A stretch of 64,000 bases of DNA from IMG/VR virus record IMGVR_UViG_3300019378_000009, positions 1-64,000 of that record; one strand, 5' to 3'. Under the pieces are notes generated by a model. That model did no database searches and was not told the origin of the DNA. It was given only the letters and a program-made list of their open reading frames with translations. The stretch's first letter is position 1. Each line of letters begins with the position of its first letter. Position numbers and translations under genes: made by a program. Below, piece by piece: positions 23,519 through 34,133 of the stretch. The DNA comes from a virus. Lineage: Duplodnaviria > Caudoviricetes.

Positions 23519-25372
23519 ATGTACATAGAAAAATATAATAGATATAAGCATCTTAATGATTATATACAAACATATTCCAAAGCAAGTAATGCTGCAACAG
23601 GTAGTAAGTTTGATAGTAATGCCAATGTAGATAATAAAAATGTTTGTACATTATCTAACGAATTAAACAAGGGTGATATGATTGGCGTTAATCGCTATCG
23701 TATGATTAATAAATTAACAGAGCTTTATGATATTTCCGTAGCAGAAGAATATATTCGTCAACTTGAAATGCATGAAAAATATAGGCACGATGAAACACAT
23801 CCTATTATGCCCTATTGTGTAAGTGTAACTTTATATCCTTTTCTTTTGGAGGGTATGAGAACACTTGGCGCACCTTCTGGTGCTCCCACCAACTTGGCGA
23901 GTTTCTGCGGTAATTTTATTAATTTAGTTTTTGCTATTGCAAGTCAATTTGCAGGAGCAGTAGCAACACCAGAATATTTAGCATATTTAGATTACTTTAT
24001 CCGCAAAGATTACGGCGATGATTATTATTTGCGCGCAGATGAAATAGTAGATTTATCTAATCGCAGACGTACAATCAAAAAAGTAATTACCGATTGTTTT
24101 GAACAAGTAGCATATTCCTTAAATGAACCAGCTGCTGCAAGAGGTTACCAAGCAGTGTTTTGGAATATTTCTTATTATGATAAAACATACTTTGATGCAA
24201 TATTTGAGGATTTTATCTTTCCGGATGGCGGCGAAATGCAGTGGGAAAGTGTTTCTTGGTTGCAAAAGCTTCATATGGAGTGGTTAAATAATGAGAGACT
24301 GCGTGAATGGTTAACGTTCCCAGTTGAAACAGCAAATTTAGTTTACGATAAAAAAACCAAAGAATATTATGATGAAGACTGGGCATCTTTTGTCGCAAAA
24401 ATGTGGGCAAAAGGACATAGTTTCTTCTGTTATAATAGTGATAGCGCCGATAGTTTGTCTAGCTGTTGTCGTTTAAAAAATGGTATTACTGATAATGTAT
24501 TCTCTTATACTCTTGGTGCTGGAGGAATATCCACCGGTAGTAAAGCAGTAATTACTATGAACATTAATAGATTGGTTCAAGATGCAGTGCATTATGGCCT
24601 TGATATTAGTAATGTAATTAGAGAAGAAGCAGAAAAGAATATTAAATATTTAACTGCATTTAACGAATTGCTTAAAGAAGAATTAACTGATGGTCTGTTG
24701 CCCGTATATGATGCTGGATATATATCATTGGAGAAACAATATCTCACAACTGGTATTAATGGTTTTGTAGAGGCAGCTGAATTCTTGGGTATTGATATAT
24801 CCGACAATGAAGAATACTACCAGTTTGGTAGGTCTATTCTTGAACCTATTATGGAAGTTAACCGCGCACACAAGACCGAGGAGTTGATGTTCAACTGTGA
24901 GTTCGTACCTGCGGAGAACCTTGGGGTGAAGCATGCAACCTGGGATAGAGAAGAAGGCTATCAGGTAGAAAGGGATTGTTATAACTCCTATTTCTTTAAG
25001 GTAGAGGATGACAGCCTATCGGTGTTGGATAAAATGACTATGCATGGTGATAAACTTACTCGTTATCTTGATGGAGGTAGTGCTTGTCACTTGAATCTGG
25101 AAGAGCATCTTACAGAAGCACAGTATCGTCATTTGCTGGATGTTGCGGCACAAGAAGGCTGTTCATATTTTACATTCAATATTCCTAATACCATTTGCAA
25201 CGAGTGTGGTCATATTTCTAAGCATTATATGAAAACTTGCCACAAGTGTGGTTCTAATAATGTAGATTGGCTTACTCGTATTATTGGCTATGTAAAACGT
25301 ATTTCTGCATGGTCAGAACCAAGACAAGCAGAAGGAGCAAATCGCCATTATCATGATGAAGAGTGCAAGTGA
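23519..25372 (+). CDS. nrdD: class III anaerobic ribonucleotide reductase (no ATP cone)
   Basis: YC, SSCCRL, PAE, CxxC..CxxC, RIIGY glycyl-radical motif. Confidence 0.95.
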   Translation: MYIEKYNRYKHLNDYIQTYSKASNAATGSKFDSNANVDNKNVCTLSNELNKGDMIGVNRYRMINKLTELYDISVAEEYIRQLEMHEKYRHDETHPIMPYCVSVTLYPFLLEGMRTLGAPSGAPTNLASFCGNFINLVFAIASQFAGAVATPEYLAYLDYFIRKDYGDDYYLRADEIVDLSNRRRTIKKVITDCFEQVAYSLNEPAAARGYQAVFWNISYYDKTYFDAIFEDFIFPDGGEMQWESVSWLQKLHMEWLNNERLREWLTFPVETANLVYDKKTKEYYDEDWASFVAKMWAKGHSFFCYNSDSADSLSSCCRLKNGITDNVFSYTLGAGGISTGSKAVITMNINRLVQDAVHYGLDISNVIREEAEKNIKYLTAFNELLKEELTDGLLPVYDAGYISLEKQYLTTGINGFVEAAEFLGIDISDNEEYYQFGRSILEPIMEVNRAHKTEELMFNCEFVPAENLGVKHATWDREEGYQVERDCYNSYFFKVEDDSLSVLDKMTMHGDKLTRYLDGGSACHLNLEEHLTEAQYRHLLDVAAQEGCSYFTFNIPNTICNECGHISKHYMKTCHKCGSNNVDWLTRIIGYVKRISAWSEPRQAEGANRHYHDEECK

Positions 25373-25823
25373 AATGATTTGTTTTCAAGAAGTGCCGGAT
25401 GAGATAGCATTAAGCTTTTCAATTTCTAACTGTCCGAATAACTGTCCTGGATGTCATTCTCCTTGGTTGCGTGAAGATTGCGGCAGAGAAGTGTTTTGGC
25501 TTTTGCCGCAACTATTGCGTAAATATAAAAATAAGATAACTTGTGTCCTGTTTATGGGCGGAAACGATGAAAAACAAAGACATCAATTGTTGAGTATTTT
25601 GCACTATTGTCGCATCAAAGGATTTAAAACTGCATTATATAGCGGTTTTGATGAGTGGCCTGATGTAGAGTTATTAGATTTATTAGATTATGTGAAAGTA
25701 GGTAGTTATCAGACTGCTTTAGGTGGTCTTAAATCCCCATCTACTAATCAACGTATGTATAAAAAAACAAATGGAGAGTGGGAGGACATTACTAAGCAGT
25801 TCTGGTCTTCTGATATAAAATGA
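25353..25823 (+). CDS. nrdG: anaerobic RNR activating enzyme
   Basis: CPNNCPGCH radical SAM motif, TNQR. Confidence 0.93.
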   Translation: MMKSASEMICFQEVPDEIALSFSISNCPNNCPGCHSPWLREDCGREVFWLLPQLLRKYKNKITCVLFMGGNDEKQRHQLLSILHYCRIKGFKTALYSGFDEWPDVELLDLLDYVKVGSYQTALGGLKSPSTNQRMYKKTNGEWEDITKQFWSSDIK

Positions 25824-26008
25824 AAGTACAATTAAATGAAAATGTAGAATTGGTACAAGAAATTAAAACAGCTTTAAAAGAAAATGAAGGTTTTTGTCCT
25901 TGTGAAATTGAAAAGACTGTTGATACCAAATGCATGTGTAAAGATTTTAGAGAAAATGTTGCAGTAGGAGAATATTGTCACTGCGGTTTATATAAAAAAA
26001 TAAAGTGA
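25820..26008 (+). CDS. ferredoxin-thioredoxin reductase catalytic-subunit-like protein
   Basis: CPC, CMC, CHCGLY motifs. Confidence 0.8.
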   Translation: MKVQLNENVELVQEIKTALKENEGFCPCEIEKTVDTKCMCKDFRENVAVGEYCHCGLYKKIK

Positions 26009-26018
26009 GGTGTACACA

Positions 26019-26357
26019 ATGGTTGAAGTTTGGTTACCTTGGATATTATTTGGAATTATAGTTGCGGCGGGGTTGGCTTTTGTAGTATGGAAAGTTGTTC
26101 AAATAGCTCGTATGTCGCCAGAACAACGTAAAGAAACAATTAAACAATGGCTCATAAGTGCGGTAGTTATTGCCGAAGGCGCAATTAAAAAGCATGGGGC
26201 CGGATTGGAAAAGATGCAAATGGTGCTTGACACTTATAAGAGTAAGGCTCCACTGTTATATAAGTTTATGGCTCTAATTACAAAAAATATTGATATAGAA
26301 GATTTGGCTGAAAAAGCATTAGAAACAGTCAAAGATAATTTTGAAAAAGATGAATAA
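26019..26357 (+). CDS. probable holin (LL-H-like)
   Basis: N-terminal TM, WL..AV..AE....G.EK pattern. Confidence 0.6.
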   Translation: MVEVWLPWILFGIIVAAGLAFVVWKVVQIARMSPEQRKETIKQWLISAVVIAEGAIKKHGAGLEKMQMVLDTYKSKAPLLYKFMALITKNIDIEDLAEKALETVKDNFEKDE

Positions 26358-26991
26358 TACATTGGAAAATTTGCTTGATGGGTTTGGTGTTGCTACTGTA
26401 ATGGACGTACATGTATTAAAATTAGGTAGTTTTCCCTTCCAAATTGAAAGGGATAGATTAAATAGTGTGCGCAACTGGTACAAGATGTCAGAAAATGTTA
26501 TTAAAGAGATAACTAAAAATGCAGAAAAAGTGATGTATCTTGATACTTTACAATTGTCTAATATACAGGAGTCCGGACCAGAGAAAGTATTTAAAGCTGG
26601 AGCCGCTAATGTTCCTGCCGCAAGAGTTGGTAAAAAAGTTAAAGTAGAAATTAAAGATGCGATTGGAAAAATTGACGTGTTAAAAAATTTCTTTAATTTA
26701 CAACAAGATGACACAGGAAGACTTTATTGCCCTTTAACTTTTTCTACACCGCTATGTTTAGAGGGCAAAACATATACTATAAATTTACAAACTAAAAAAG
26801 TAGAGCCAATTTATATTTTTATGCCTTTTTGCGTACCAGTTGGAGAATTAGAATTTGTAGCTAGCTCAGAAGAATTTGGTGCTTTTGATTTAAGTGTGGA
26901 ATTGTATCCTGTATTGTTTGAGCCAGAAATTGGAAAATCATATAAAACATTCTATAATATTAGTAAAGATAGTATTATGTGTCCCAAATAA
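26350..26991 (+). CDS. hypothetical protein, possible tail-tube-like fold
   Basis: FGVA..., YLDTLQLSNI motif recalled from tail tube proteins. Confidence 0.5.
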   Translation: MNNTLENLLDGFGVATVMDVHVLKLGSFPFQIERDRLNSVRNWYKMSENVIKEITKNAEKVMYLDTLQLSNIQESGPEKVFKAGAANVPAARVGKKVKVEIKDAIGKIDVLKNFFNLQQDDTGRLYCPLTFSTPLCLEGKTYTINLQTKKVEPIYIFMPFCVPVGELEFVASSEEFGAFDLSVELYPVLFEPEIGKSYKTFYNISKDSIMCPK

Positions 26992-27059
26992 ACAAAAGTA
27001 AAATTGACTTTGCGACAAAATTATGATATAATTATTTTAGAAAAAGAAAGGCAACTAAA

Positions 27060-27608
27060 ATGATTATACAATTAAAAAATATTAAACAAAAAAATATAAT
27101 TTTATTCGATATTGAATATGACAAAACTTCATTGGTTCAAGTAGCGTTTCTCATTCTCGGCGCGAAGCAACCTAATATGTTTGAAATACAGGAAAGCTTT
27201 AATGTGTATATTAAGCAAAATCACTTACTATCACCGTTTTTCGTACAGTATACGAACATAACCGATGCATACCTACGCGATAACGGGTTAGATTTGCCCC
27301 GAGCGAGGGCTTTGGTGGAGCAAGTCATATCCAATATCGATGTTAAAGATGTTCTATTGGTAGGACATGGAATAGATAATGATATGCGGCTATTGGATGA
27401 AAATGATATTTGTCTTAGCCGCTTTTGTAATAGATATGACACTTATAAAAAAGCAAAAAAGTTATTAGGTAGAGATAAGTTTTTAACTTTGACAGATATT
27501 GCTGCAGAAGATGGGTATTTTATGTTTAACGAGCATAATGCTTATGCAGATGTGTGGGCATTGTTACATGCTTTTGCTTTTTTAAATGGAAAGGAGAATG
27601 AAAAATGA
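27060..27608 (+). CDS. DEDDh 3'-5' exonuclease
   Basis: DIE, HGIDND, HNAYAD. Confidence 0.85.
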   Translation: MIIQLKNIKQKNIILFDIEYDKTSLVQVAFLILGAKQPNMFEIQESFNVYIKQNHLLSPFFVQYTNITDAYLRDNGLDLPRARALVEQVISNIDVKDVLLVGHGIDNDMRLLDENDICLSRFCNRYDTYKKAKKLLGRDKFLTLTDIAAEDGYFMFNEHNAYADVWALLHAFAFLNGKENEK

Positions 27609-28054
27609 AATTTTTTAATTTAAAAACTCATAAAGTAGAGCGAATAAAAAAGGATGCAATAGTTATACGCAAAGCTTTTCATTCAGAAATTTTAAACTTG
27701 CCAATTACGGAAATGATTAGGGGCTTAAAAGAGTGCTTAAAAGACACATACGGATATGATATAAATGGTAAGGTTGTATACTATGACATAAAAATAACCG
27801 GCAGATGTGATAAAAATGATGTTGAAGATTTGTATGATTATATAGAAAATGTTTTGACAGATATTTATTGCGAAAATTATGAAGAAAACAAAAAGGCAGA
27901 AGAACAAGACAGATTGGGATTATTTGGTCTGCCAGAAATAAATATGAAAACAATGAATTATTTAAGATGGATAAAGTTTAATACAAAAATAGAGGGCATT
28001 GGCTTTGAAGTTGGAAAAATAAATAGTTGTTGGAAAAAAAGGATGGTGAAGTAA
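27605..28054 (+). CDS. hypothetical protein
   Basis: ATGA-coupled ORF. Confidence 0.7.
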   Translation: MKFFNLKTHKVERIKKDAIVIRKAFHSEILNLPITEMIRGLKECLKDTYGYDINGKVVYYDIKITGRCDKNDVEDLYDYIENVLTDIYCENYEENKKAEEQDRLGLFGLPEINMKTMNYLRWIKFNTKIEGIGFEVGKINSCWKKRMVK

Positions 28055-28055
28055 T

Positions 28056-28670
28056 ATGGGATTAGATTATATACCTTTTTTATCGCCAATTCAAGTTGGT
28101 GATACTGTTATCAAAAAAAATACCATTATAACAAATACCGTTATAACAAAAAACATAAATTCTCCAGTAACAATTACAGAGGATCCATATGAAGCAGAAG
28201 ACATAGAAAACAAAATGAGCGAAACACAATTATATTACGATCATATTAAATCACAAGAATTTATTACCATAAATTCTCTTCCATACGCTAGCGCATCTCT
28301 TATTCCAGATGATGATTTAAAAACTATTCAAGGCGTTGAGGTGCCATATCCGTATCGCTACTATGATAAATTATATGACTGGATGTTGAAAGATATTGCA
28401 AGATCTACGGTTGTTGTTGTAACTAAAGAGGTTGGTAAGGAAGATGTTGTTATAACAGATTCCTCAATGGACATAGATGTTAACCGCGGCGCCTCTTTTA
28501 ATGGTTCTCCTACACTACAAATTGTTTTAACTAATATTAAGATAAATGGTAAAACACCATCGACGTCAGATTATACTGTTACATTATATATAGAGCGCTC
28601 TAATATAGAAGATATAATTTTGATGAACAAATTATTGACATATCTTGATATACCAGAAGAAGCTCTATAA
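28056..28670 (+). CDS. hypothetical protein
   Basis: 204-aa ORF in operon. Confidence 0.7.
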   Translation: MGLDYIPFLSPIQVGDTVIKKNTIITNTVITKNINSPVTITEDPYEAEDIENKMSETQLYYDHIKSQEFITINSLPYASASLIPDDDLKTIQGVEVPYPYRYYDKLYDWMLKDIARSTVVVVTKEVGKEDVVITDSSMDIDVNRGASFNGSPTLQIVLTNIKINGKTPSTSDYTVTLYIERSNIEDIILMNKLLTYLDIPEEAL

Positions 28671-28755
28671 ACAAATACAGATACAAATAAACTTTAGTTT
28701 TAAATCTAGTTAATTATGCTAACATAATAAAAGAAACAATAGGAGTTGACTAATA

Positions 28756-29262
28756 TTGATTAATATATACACAGATGGCGCTCACTCTTCCAAAACAAAT
28801 GTTGGAGGATGGGCAATAGTAATTCCGACGCAACGTGAAGAAAAGCCATATATTGCTTACGGTGATTGGGTATTTGAAACAACTAACAACCGTATGGAAC
28901 TTACGGCCATATTAAAAGCATTAGAATACATATACGACCATTGGGCATATGAATCAGTTTATGGAGAGTCTTTTGAAAGCGCCTCTATTTATACAGATAG
29001 CGCATATATTAGCAACTGCTTCAAAGACGGTTGGTATAAAACTTGGCGCAAAAATAACTGGAAAACATCTAAAAAAGAGCCCGTAGCAAATCAAGATTTA
29101 TGGGAAAGAATTTTATATTACTATGAATTAATACCCAATATTATCATTTCAAAAGTGTCAGGCCATTCATATAACACATGGAACAATATTGCTGACAAAC
29201 TTGCAGTTCAATACCGAATTGCTGGCGCAGAAATATTGGCAAAAGGAGAAAATAATGAATAA
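28756..29262 (+). CDS. rnhA: ribonuclease HI
   Basis: IYTDG, TNNRMEL, TDS, NQDLW, GH, NNIAD. Confidence 0.95.
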   Translation: MINIYTDGAHSSKTNVGGWAIVIPTQREEKPYIAYGDWVFETTNNRMELTAILKALEYIYDHWAYESVYGESFESASIYTDSAYISNCFKDGWYKTWRKNNWKTSKKEPVANQDLWERILYYYELIPNIIISKVSGHSYNTWNNIADKLAVQYRIAGAEILAKGENNE

Positions 29263-29818
29263 TAAATCAAAACAAAGACCACCTAAAATTTTAATAGTAA
29301 CTCAAATACATCCTATAAATATTGCATCAGTCTATGATTATATAAGCCATTCTTTTATACAAAACAATGAAGTATTTTCTCCGCAAATAATGGCTCTTCT
29401 TGGCGAATTAACATTAAAAGAAAATGCAAGTGATTTCAAACATTCATATAGAGTGCTTAATGCAGCTTTTGTAAAAAATATTAAAGCCGCAATTAAAAAA
29501 ATGAATACAAAAAAACCTTGGATTATTGTTGGCAACTGTTCTAAAGATAGCAAGATTAAATTTGATCACATTATAGGCTTCGATGGCGGTGAAGATTATG
29601 GAAACACAGAAAACTTCGACTATTATATCAAGCGAGATAATGAACTATTGCAAGAAGCGGATATGGAAATTAATTATTATACTAAAAAAGATGTAGAATA
29701 TTTCTTTCCTACTATGGAACATCTCAAACTCTTTCTTACCACTCTTGGTTTAAAGGAAGAAGAAAGGAAAACAAATGGCAATACAGCTGAACGAAGCACA
29801 ACTGAAGGCAGTATATAG
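29255..29818 (+). CDS. hypothetical protein
   Basis: AGGAG SD, overlaps neighbours. Confidence 0.7.
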   Translation: MNNKSKQRPPKILIVTQIHPINIASVYDYISHSFIQNNEVFSPQIMALLGELTLKENASDFKHSYRVLNAAFVKNIKAAIKKMNTKKPWIIVGNCSKDSKIKFDHIIGFDGGEDYGNTENFDYYIKRDNELLQEADMEINYYTKKDVEYFFPTMEHLKLFLTTLGLKEEERKTNGNTAERSTTEGSI

Positions 29819-31034
29819 CAAAGAGCCTAGAGTAGTAGTAGTTGCGCCACCAGGTGCTGGAAAAACCCTTGTAATGTGCACAACTATTCAAGAATATCTT
29901 GCATTGCATCCTCTACACTCTGTTACTGCGATTACCTTTACACGCAAAGCTGCACACGAGTTGGCAGAACGCATACACAATCCAAAAGTAAAAACTGGAA
30001 CTATACACGCTTGGGCATTACAACAATTATATGCTCTTGGCGCAAAATATAGTTTCACAGTAGAGCTTTTGGAAGAAGAAGAAATGCGACGCATAATGCA
30101 AAAAATTGCTTATCGTAAGAATATGAAGTTTGTTAATATATTCCAATTGTATAATTATATTGTTGGTAATATCAAAACCATTGATTTAGATGATGCAATA
30201 GTAAAAAAGTATGAAAAAATTAAAGCATTATATATAGAATATAAACAAGAGCGCGGTTTGTATGATTTTACAGACTTGCCGCAATATTTATTAGATACTT
30301 TAAATGAATATGACGAAGAAATTTATGACATTGATGGATTATTTGTAGATGAATTTCAAGATATTGATGAAATACAATTTAAGATTTTTGAAAAAGTTTG
30401 TGCAAGTAAAAAGTTTTTTATTGGAGATTTTCGTCAAGCAATTTATGGTTTTAATAATGCTCTTGAAGATATTTTTGAAAGACTCGCCGCATCAAATTTT
30501 AAAACCTATTATTTAAATACTAATTATCGTTCTAAACAATCCATAATGGATGTAGCAGATAGTTTTAGAGATAGCTGTGAAGGCGATCAATATATCACTA
30601 CACTACGAGAACTTAAAACTAGCCCTGTAATATGCAGTCGCGGCAAAGGTGGTATTGTTTATTTTGTTGATGAAAAGAAATACTGTATTACTACTGGAAA
30701 TGCAGAATCGGAAGATCCTTTAGTTATAATTAAAAGATTGCTAACAATGCCTGGTACTATGGTTTTGTGCCGAACAAACAAGCAGGTGCGCAAACTACAA
30801 GCAATAGGTATCCAAAATTGCAGTACAGTACACCAAGCAAAAGGTTTGGAATATGATAATGTAATTTTGTGTGATATATTTGTTAATAATGAGGAAGAGC
30901 TTAATGTCGCATATGTTGGAATGACAAGAGCAAAGAATGAGTTATGTGTAATTAACTTTGATGTTTTTGTTGCAATACTATCAACTATGAATTTAGATAC
31001 TGTTATTCCGCAAACTAAAAATACACTTTTTTAA
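29775..31034 (+). CDS. compact UvrD/Rep SF1 helicase
   Basis: GAGKT, FTRKAA, DEFQD, GDFRQAIY, NYRS, TVHQAKGLE, YVGMTRA. Confidence 0.93.
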   Translation: MAIQLNEAQLKAVYSKEPRVVVVAPPGAGKTLVMCTTIQEYLALHPLHSVTAITFTRKAAHELAERIHNPKVKTGTIHAWALQQLYALGAKYSFTVELLEEEEMRRIMQKIAYRKNMKFVNIFQLYNYIVGNIKTIDLDDAIVKKYEKIKALYIEYKQERGLYDFTDLPQYLLDTLNEYDEEIYDIDGLFVDEFQDIDEIQFKIFEKVCASKKFFIGDFRQAIYGFNNALEDIFERLAASNFKTYYLNTNYRSKQSIMDVADSFRDSCEGDQYITTLRELKTSPVICSRGKGGIVYFVDEKKYCITTGNAESEDPLVIIKRLLTMPGTMVLCRTNKQVRKLQAIGIQNCSTVHQAKGLEYDNVILCDIFVNNEEELNVAYVGMTRAKNELCVINFDVFVAILSTMNLDTVIPQTKNTLF

Positions 31035-31164
31035 AATTTAACAAGCCAGAGTTTGACATAAGCTTTGGCTTGATTTTTTATTTATTTTATGTTATAATTT
31101 TTATATAAGATGAGGTGAGAGTTTATATGAAAAAATTTTCTATTGTTAAAGGTATCAACTTATA

Positions 31165-31374
31165 ATGTTTGTTTGGGAAGATTTTTGGAACGCAATTAAA
31201 GTGTATTTTGTATTAGTTGGTGTGGCGTTGACTGCATTTTTATCTATCGGTGCAGTATATCTTGCTTGGTGGATAAATGACAGTTTTGGAATAATAGTTT
31301 TAATTATTCTTGCCTTGTTAGCACTTATTGGCGGCGGAGCCATACTGACTGATGAAAAAGAGGAAGAGAAATGA
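31165..31374 (+). CDS. small 2-TM membrane protein
   Basis: hydrophobic, coupled to clpP. Confidence 0.6.
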   Translation: MFVWEDFWNAIKVYFVLVGVALTAFLSIGAVYLAWWINDSFGIIVLIILALLALIGGGAILTDEKEEEK

Positions 31375-31922
31375 ATAGACAATTATTTTTAAATGGTGAT
31401 ATTAACAGTTATACTGTTCAAAGTATAATATATGATATAATTCAAATAAATCATGAGGATAAGCAGAAAGAAGAGCATGCTGCTCTTAATAATCTTCCTA
31501 TTTTATCACGCGAACCAATTAAATTATTTATAAACTCGCCCGGTGGAAGTGTTTATGATGGTTTTGCATTAATAGATGCTATTAGAAATAGTAGAACTCC
31601 AATTCATACAATTGCTTTAGGGTCAGCTATGAGTATGGGAATGTTAATTTACAGTGTTGGACACAAAAGATATGTTGGAGATTATGCAACATTAATGTTT
31701 CACGATGTTTCTAGCGCAGTTGCGGATAAATTAGAAACAATTAGAGATAAAGTGGGAGAATTAAATCGAATACAAGCTATGATATGTACTGTTGTGGTTA
31801 ATAATTCCAAAGTTCCACTAGAAATTTTGGCAAATAAATTAAGCCAAAGAGAAGATTGGTATATTTCTGCAAATGAAGCAATAGATCTGGGTTTAGCAGA
31901 CGATTATTTTAAAGGTTTTTAA
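31371..31922 (+). CDS. clpP: ClpP-family protease
   Basis: INSPGGSV, AMSMG, MFH, DWY..A.EA..LGLAD. Confidence 0.92.
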   Translation: MNRQLFLNGDINSYTVQSIIYDIIQINHEDKQKEEHAALNNLPILSREPIKLFINSPGGSVYDGFALIDAIRNSRTPIHTIALGSAMSMGMLIYSVGHKRYVGDYATLMFHDVSSAVADKLETIRDKVGELNRIQAMICTVVVNNSKVPLEILANKLSQREDWYISANEAIDLGLADDYFKGF

Positions 31923-31939
31923 AGAGAAAGGAAAGAAAA

Positions 31940-32461
31940 ATGTTACAGCCTGCAATTTTATATAAAGAAGAAGTTTTACAAAAATTACACGAAACTTGGT
32001 ATGATGAGAAATATAAATGGGTTTATGCAGATGGTTTTGCAGAAGAATGGACTATAGATGTAAACGGATGGAATTACATTCAATTAGTCTCTATACACAA
32101 AGATAAAATTTTAGGTTTTATTCAATATCATACAATTCGCAGCAGTAGAAATGTTAATGGACTGACAATTGTCGGATTTGAAAATAATCCTTTGTTTATT
32201 AAAGACCTTTTGCAAGCAATAGACGATATTTTTAATAAATACCATTTTCATAAACTATCATTTAGCTCTGCTTTAGATAATCCTTCTGCACGAGTTTATG
32301 ATAAATATATTGGAATTTTAGGTGGCAAAATGTACGGAATTAGTAAAGAGCAGTGGCTAATGTCTGATGGTCGTTATCATCATGTTAAGCATTATGAAAT
32401 TTTAAACCACAACTATAAGGGTTTAAAAAGTATTCGAGGTAAAAATGAAACAAAAGAATGA
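31940..32461 (+). CDS. GNAT (RimJ/RimL-like) acetyltransferase fold
   Basis: FHKL...NP...Y...GG...G....DG.Y pattern. Confidence 0.65.
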   Translation: MLQPAILYKEEVLQKLHETWYDEKYKWVYADGFAEEWTIDVNGWNYIQLVSIHKDKILGFIQYHTIRSSRNVNGLTIVGFENNPLFIKDLLQAIDDIFNKYHFHKLSFSSALDNPSARVYDKYIGILGGKMYGISKEQWLMSDGRYHHVKHYEILNHNYKGLKSIRGKNETKE

Positions 32462-32624
32462 TGAAAATCAAGAAATAAGATGGGCAGATTGGTGTGAATA
32501 TTGGTTACATGAAATTTGTCCAATGACACAAACGAAATGCCCTTGGAGCGATCTTGGAGGTTATCCAATCAATCAAGAATGTCAATTTTATAAAAATAAG
32601 CATAAAAACTTGACAAATACCTAA
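32445..32624 (+). CDS. small Cys-containing protein
   Basis: 59-aa ORF, GAGG SD. Confidence 0.5.
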   Translation: MKQKNDENQEIRWADWCEYWLHEICPMTQTKCPWSDLGGYPINQECQFYKNKHKNLTNT

Positions 32625-32666
32625 AAATATGTTATAATATTTTTAGAAGAGAAGAGAAGAGAGCAA

Positions 32667-32855
32667 ATGTATAATAATTTAGAATTTTTAGATTTTCTTT
32701 CTATTATTTCTTTCATTATGCAAATAACCCAAATAGAAAATAGTAATCATCATATGCAAGAAATTGAAAACAAATTAGATTATATTATTCACAAACTTGA
32801 TTTGGTTGATGATAAAGTATTACAATCTTTAACAGAAAGGTACGGAAATAAATAA
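32667..32855 (+). CDS. hypothetical protein
   Basis: follows promoter 32610-32638. Confidence 0.65.
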   Translation: MYNNLEFLDFLSIISFIMQITQIENSNHHMQEIENKLDYIIHKLDLVDDKVLQSLTERYGNK

Positions 32856-33925
32856 TGATAAATAATTTCGAAAAATTTTACACAATGACACCAATGAAAT
32901 ATTATGATTGCGGTGGAGATTTTTCCAAAGCAAAAGCACAAGCGATGCTTACGAATGAAGGTAAGGCATATATTGCAACCAGAAAAAATGACGGTGAATG
33001 GTGCAGAATAATTAAAGATGCAGAAGGAAATATAAAAGCACAAAGCAGAAGCATAAGTAAGGTAACTGGTGAATACGGTGATAAAACGGAACACATTCCT
33101 CATATAATAGATGAAATGCATTCTTATCCTTGCGAAACAGTATTAATCGGAGAACTTTGTTTTGAAGATATTACTAAAACAAGCAAAGATGTGGGTAGCA
33201 TACTTCGTTGTAAGCCTGATAAAGCAGTTGCGCGCCAAAAAGATATAAAGTTAGTATTTAAAGTTTTTGATTGTCTTGCTTTTGCCGGTATAGATTTAAT
33301 GGAAAAACCATATTGGGAAAGATTTGCAAATGCACGCGATGCAGTAGTGGATTTTGGATATTATATGTCTATGACAGATGCAGTAGAATGTGGAGATTTT
33401 GAAGAATTTTTACAAGAAATACTTGCAGCGGGCGGAGAGGGTATTGTTATACATCGTAAAGACGCAAAATATAAACCCGGTGCCAGAACTGCTTGGGACA
33501 CACTTAAAGTTAAAAAAATTGTAGAAGAACTTGAACTTCCTATTGTTAGCTTTATAGCACCAAATAAGGCTTATTGCGGAGAAGATGCCAGCATTTGGAA
33601 ATATTGGGTTGGCACCAAATCAGACGAAACAGAAGTTAGAAGTTTGGGTAGTCCGGACTCTACTATTGATGTGATAAAATGGGAGCCAGTAACTAAACCT
33701 TACTGGATGGACTGGTATAATGGAGTTATAGTAAATAATCAAGGAACTTTAGTACGAGTAACTAGCGGTCTGACAGATGAAGATAGAGAGTGGTTGGCAA
33801 CAGAAGAGGCAAAGAAATTACTTGATGAAGGAAGTCTTGTTGCTACTGTTAGTGCTATGGAAATAGATAAAGACAGTGGTAGTTTAAGACATCCTCGTCT
33901 TATTAGAATACGTACGGAGGCATAA
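32855..33925 (+). CDS. ATP-dependent DNA ligase
   Basis: KNDG adenylation motif, GEL, FD, EGIV, LKVK, SLRHP. Confidence 0.92.
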   Translation: MINNFEKFYTMTPMKYYDCGGDFSKAKAQAMLTNEGKAYIATRKNDGEWCRIIKDAEGNIKAQSRSISKVTGEYGDKTEHIPHIIDEMHSYPCETVLIGELCFEDITKTSKDVGSILRCKPDKAVARQKDIKLVFKVFDCLAFAGIDLMEKPYWERFANARDAVVDFGYYMSMTDAVECGDFEEFLQEILAAGGEGIVIHRKDAKYKPGARTAWDTLKVKKIVEELELPIVSFIAPNKAYCGEDASIWKYWVGTKSDETEVRSLGSPDSTIDVIKWEPVTKPYWMDWYNGVIVNNQGTLVRVTSGLTDEDREWLATEEAKKLLDEGSLVATVSAMEIDKDSGSLRHPRLIRIRTEA

Positions 33926-33926
33926 T

Positions 33927-34133
33927 ATGACTATTGAAATGTATAAAAAAGCAGTAACAAATAGATTGCTAGATATTATATGTATTTGTAATAATAGAGA
34001 AGACGTAGACATAAGATGTAGAAAAGTAGCATGCACTACTGCAGATTTAATTAAAGATTTAATTAACGATGATGTCAATTTATATTATGCTTTAACCGAG
34101 CAGGTATCAGAAAATGGAAATACAGTCGAGTAA
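33927..34133 (+). CDS. hypothetical protein
   Basis: GGAGG SD. Confidence 0.6.
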   Translation: MTIEMYKKAVTNRLLDIICICNNREDVDIRCRKVACTTADLIKDLINDDVNLYYALTEQVSENGNTVE

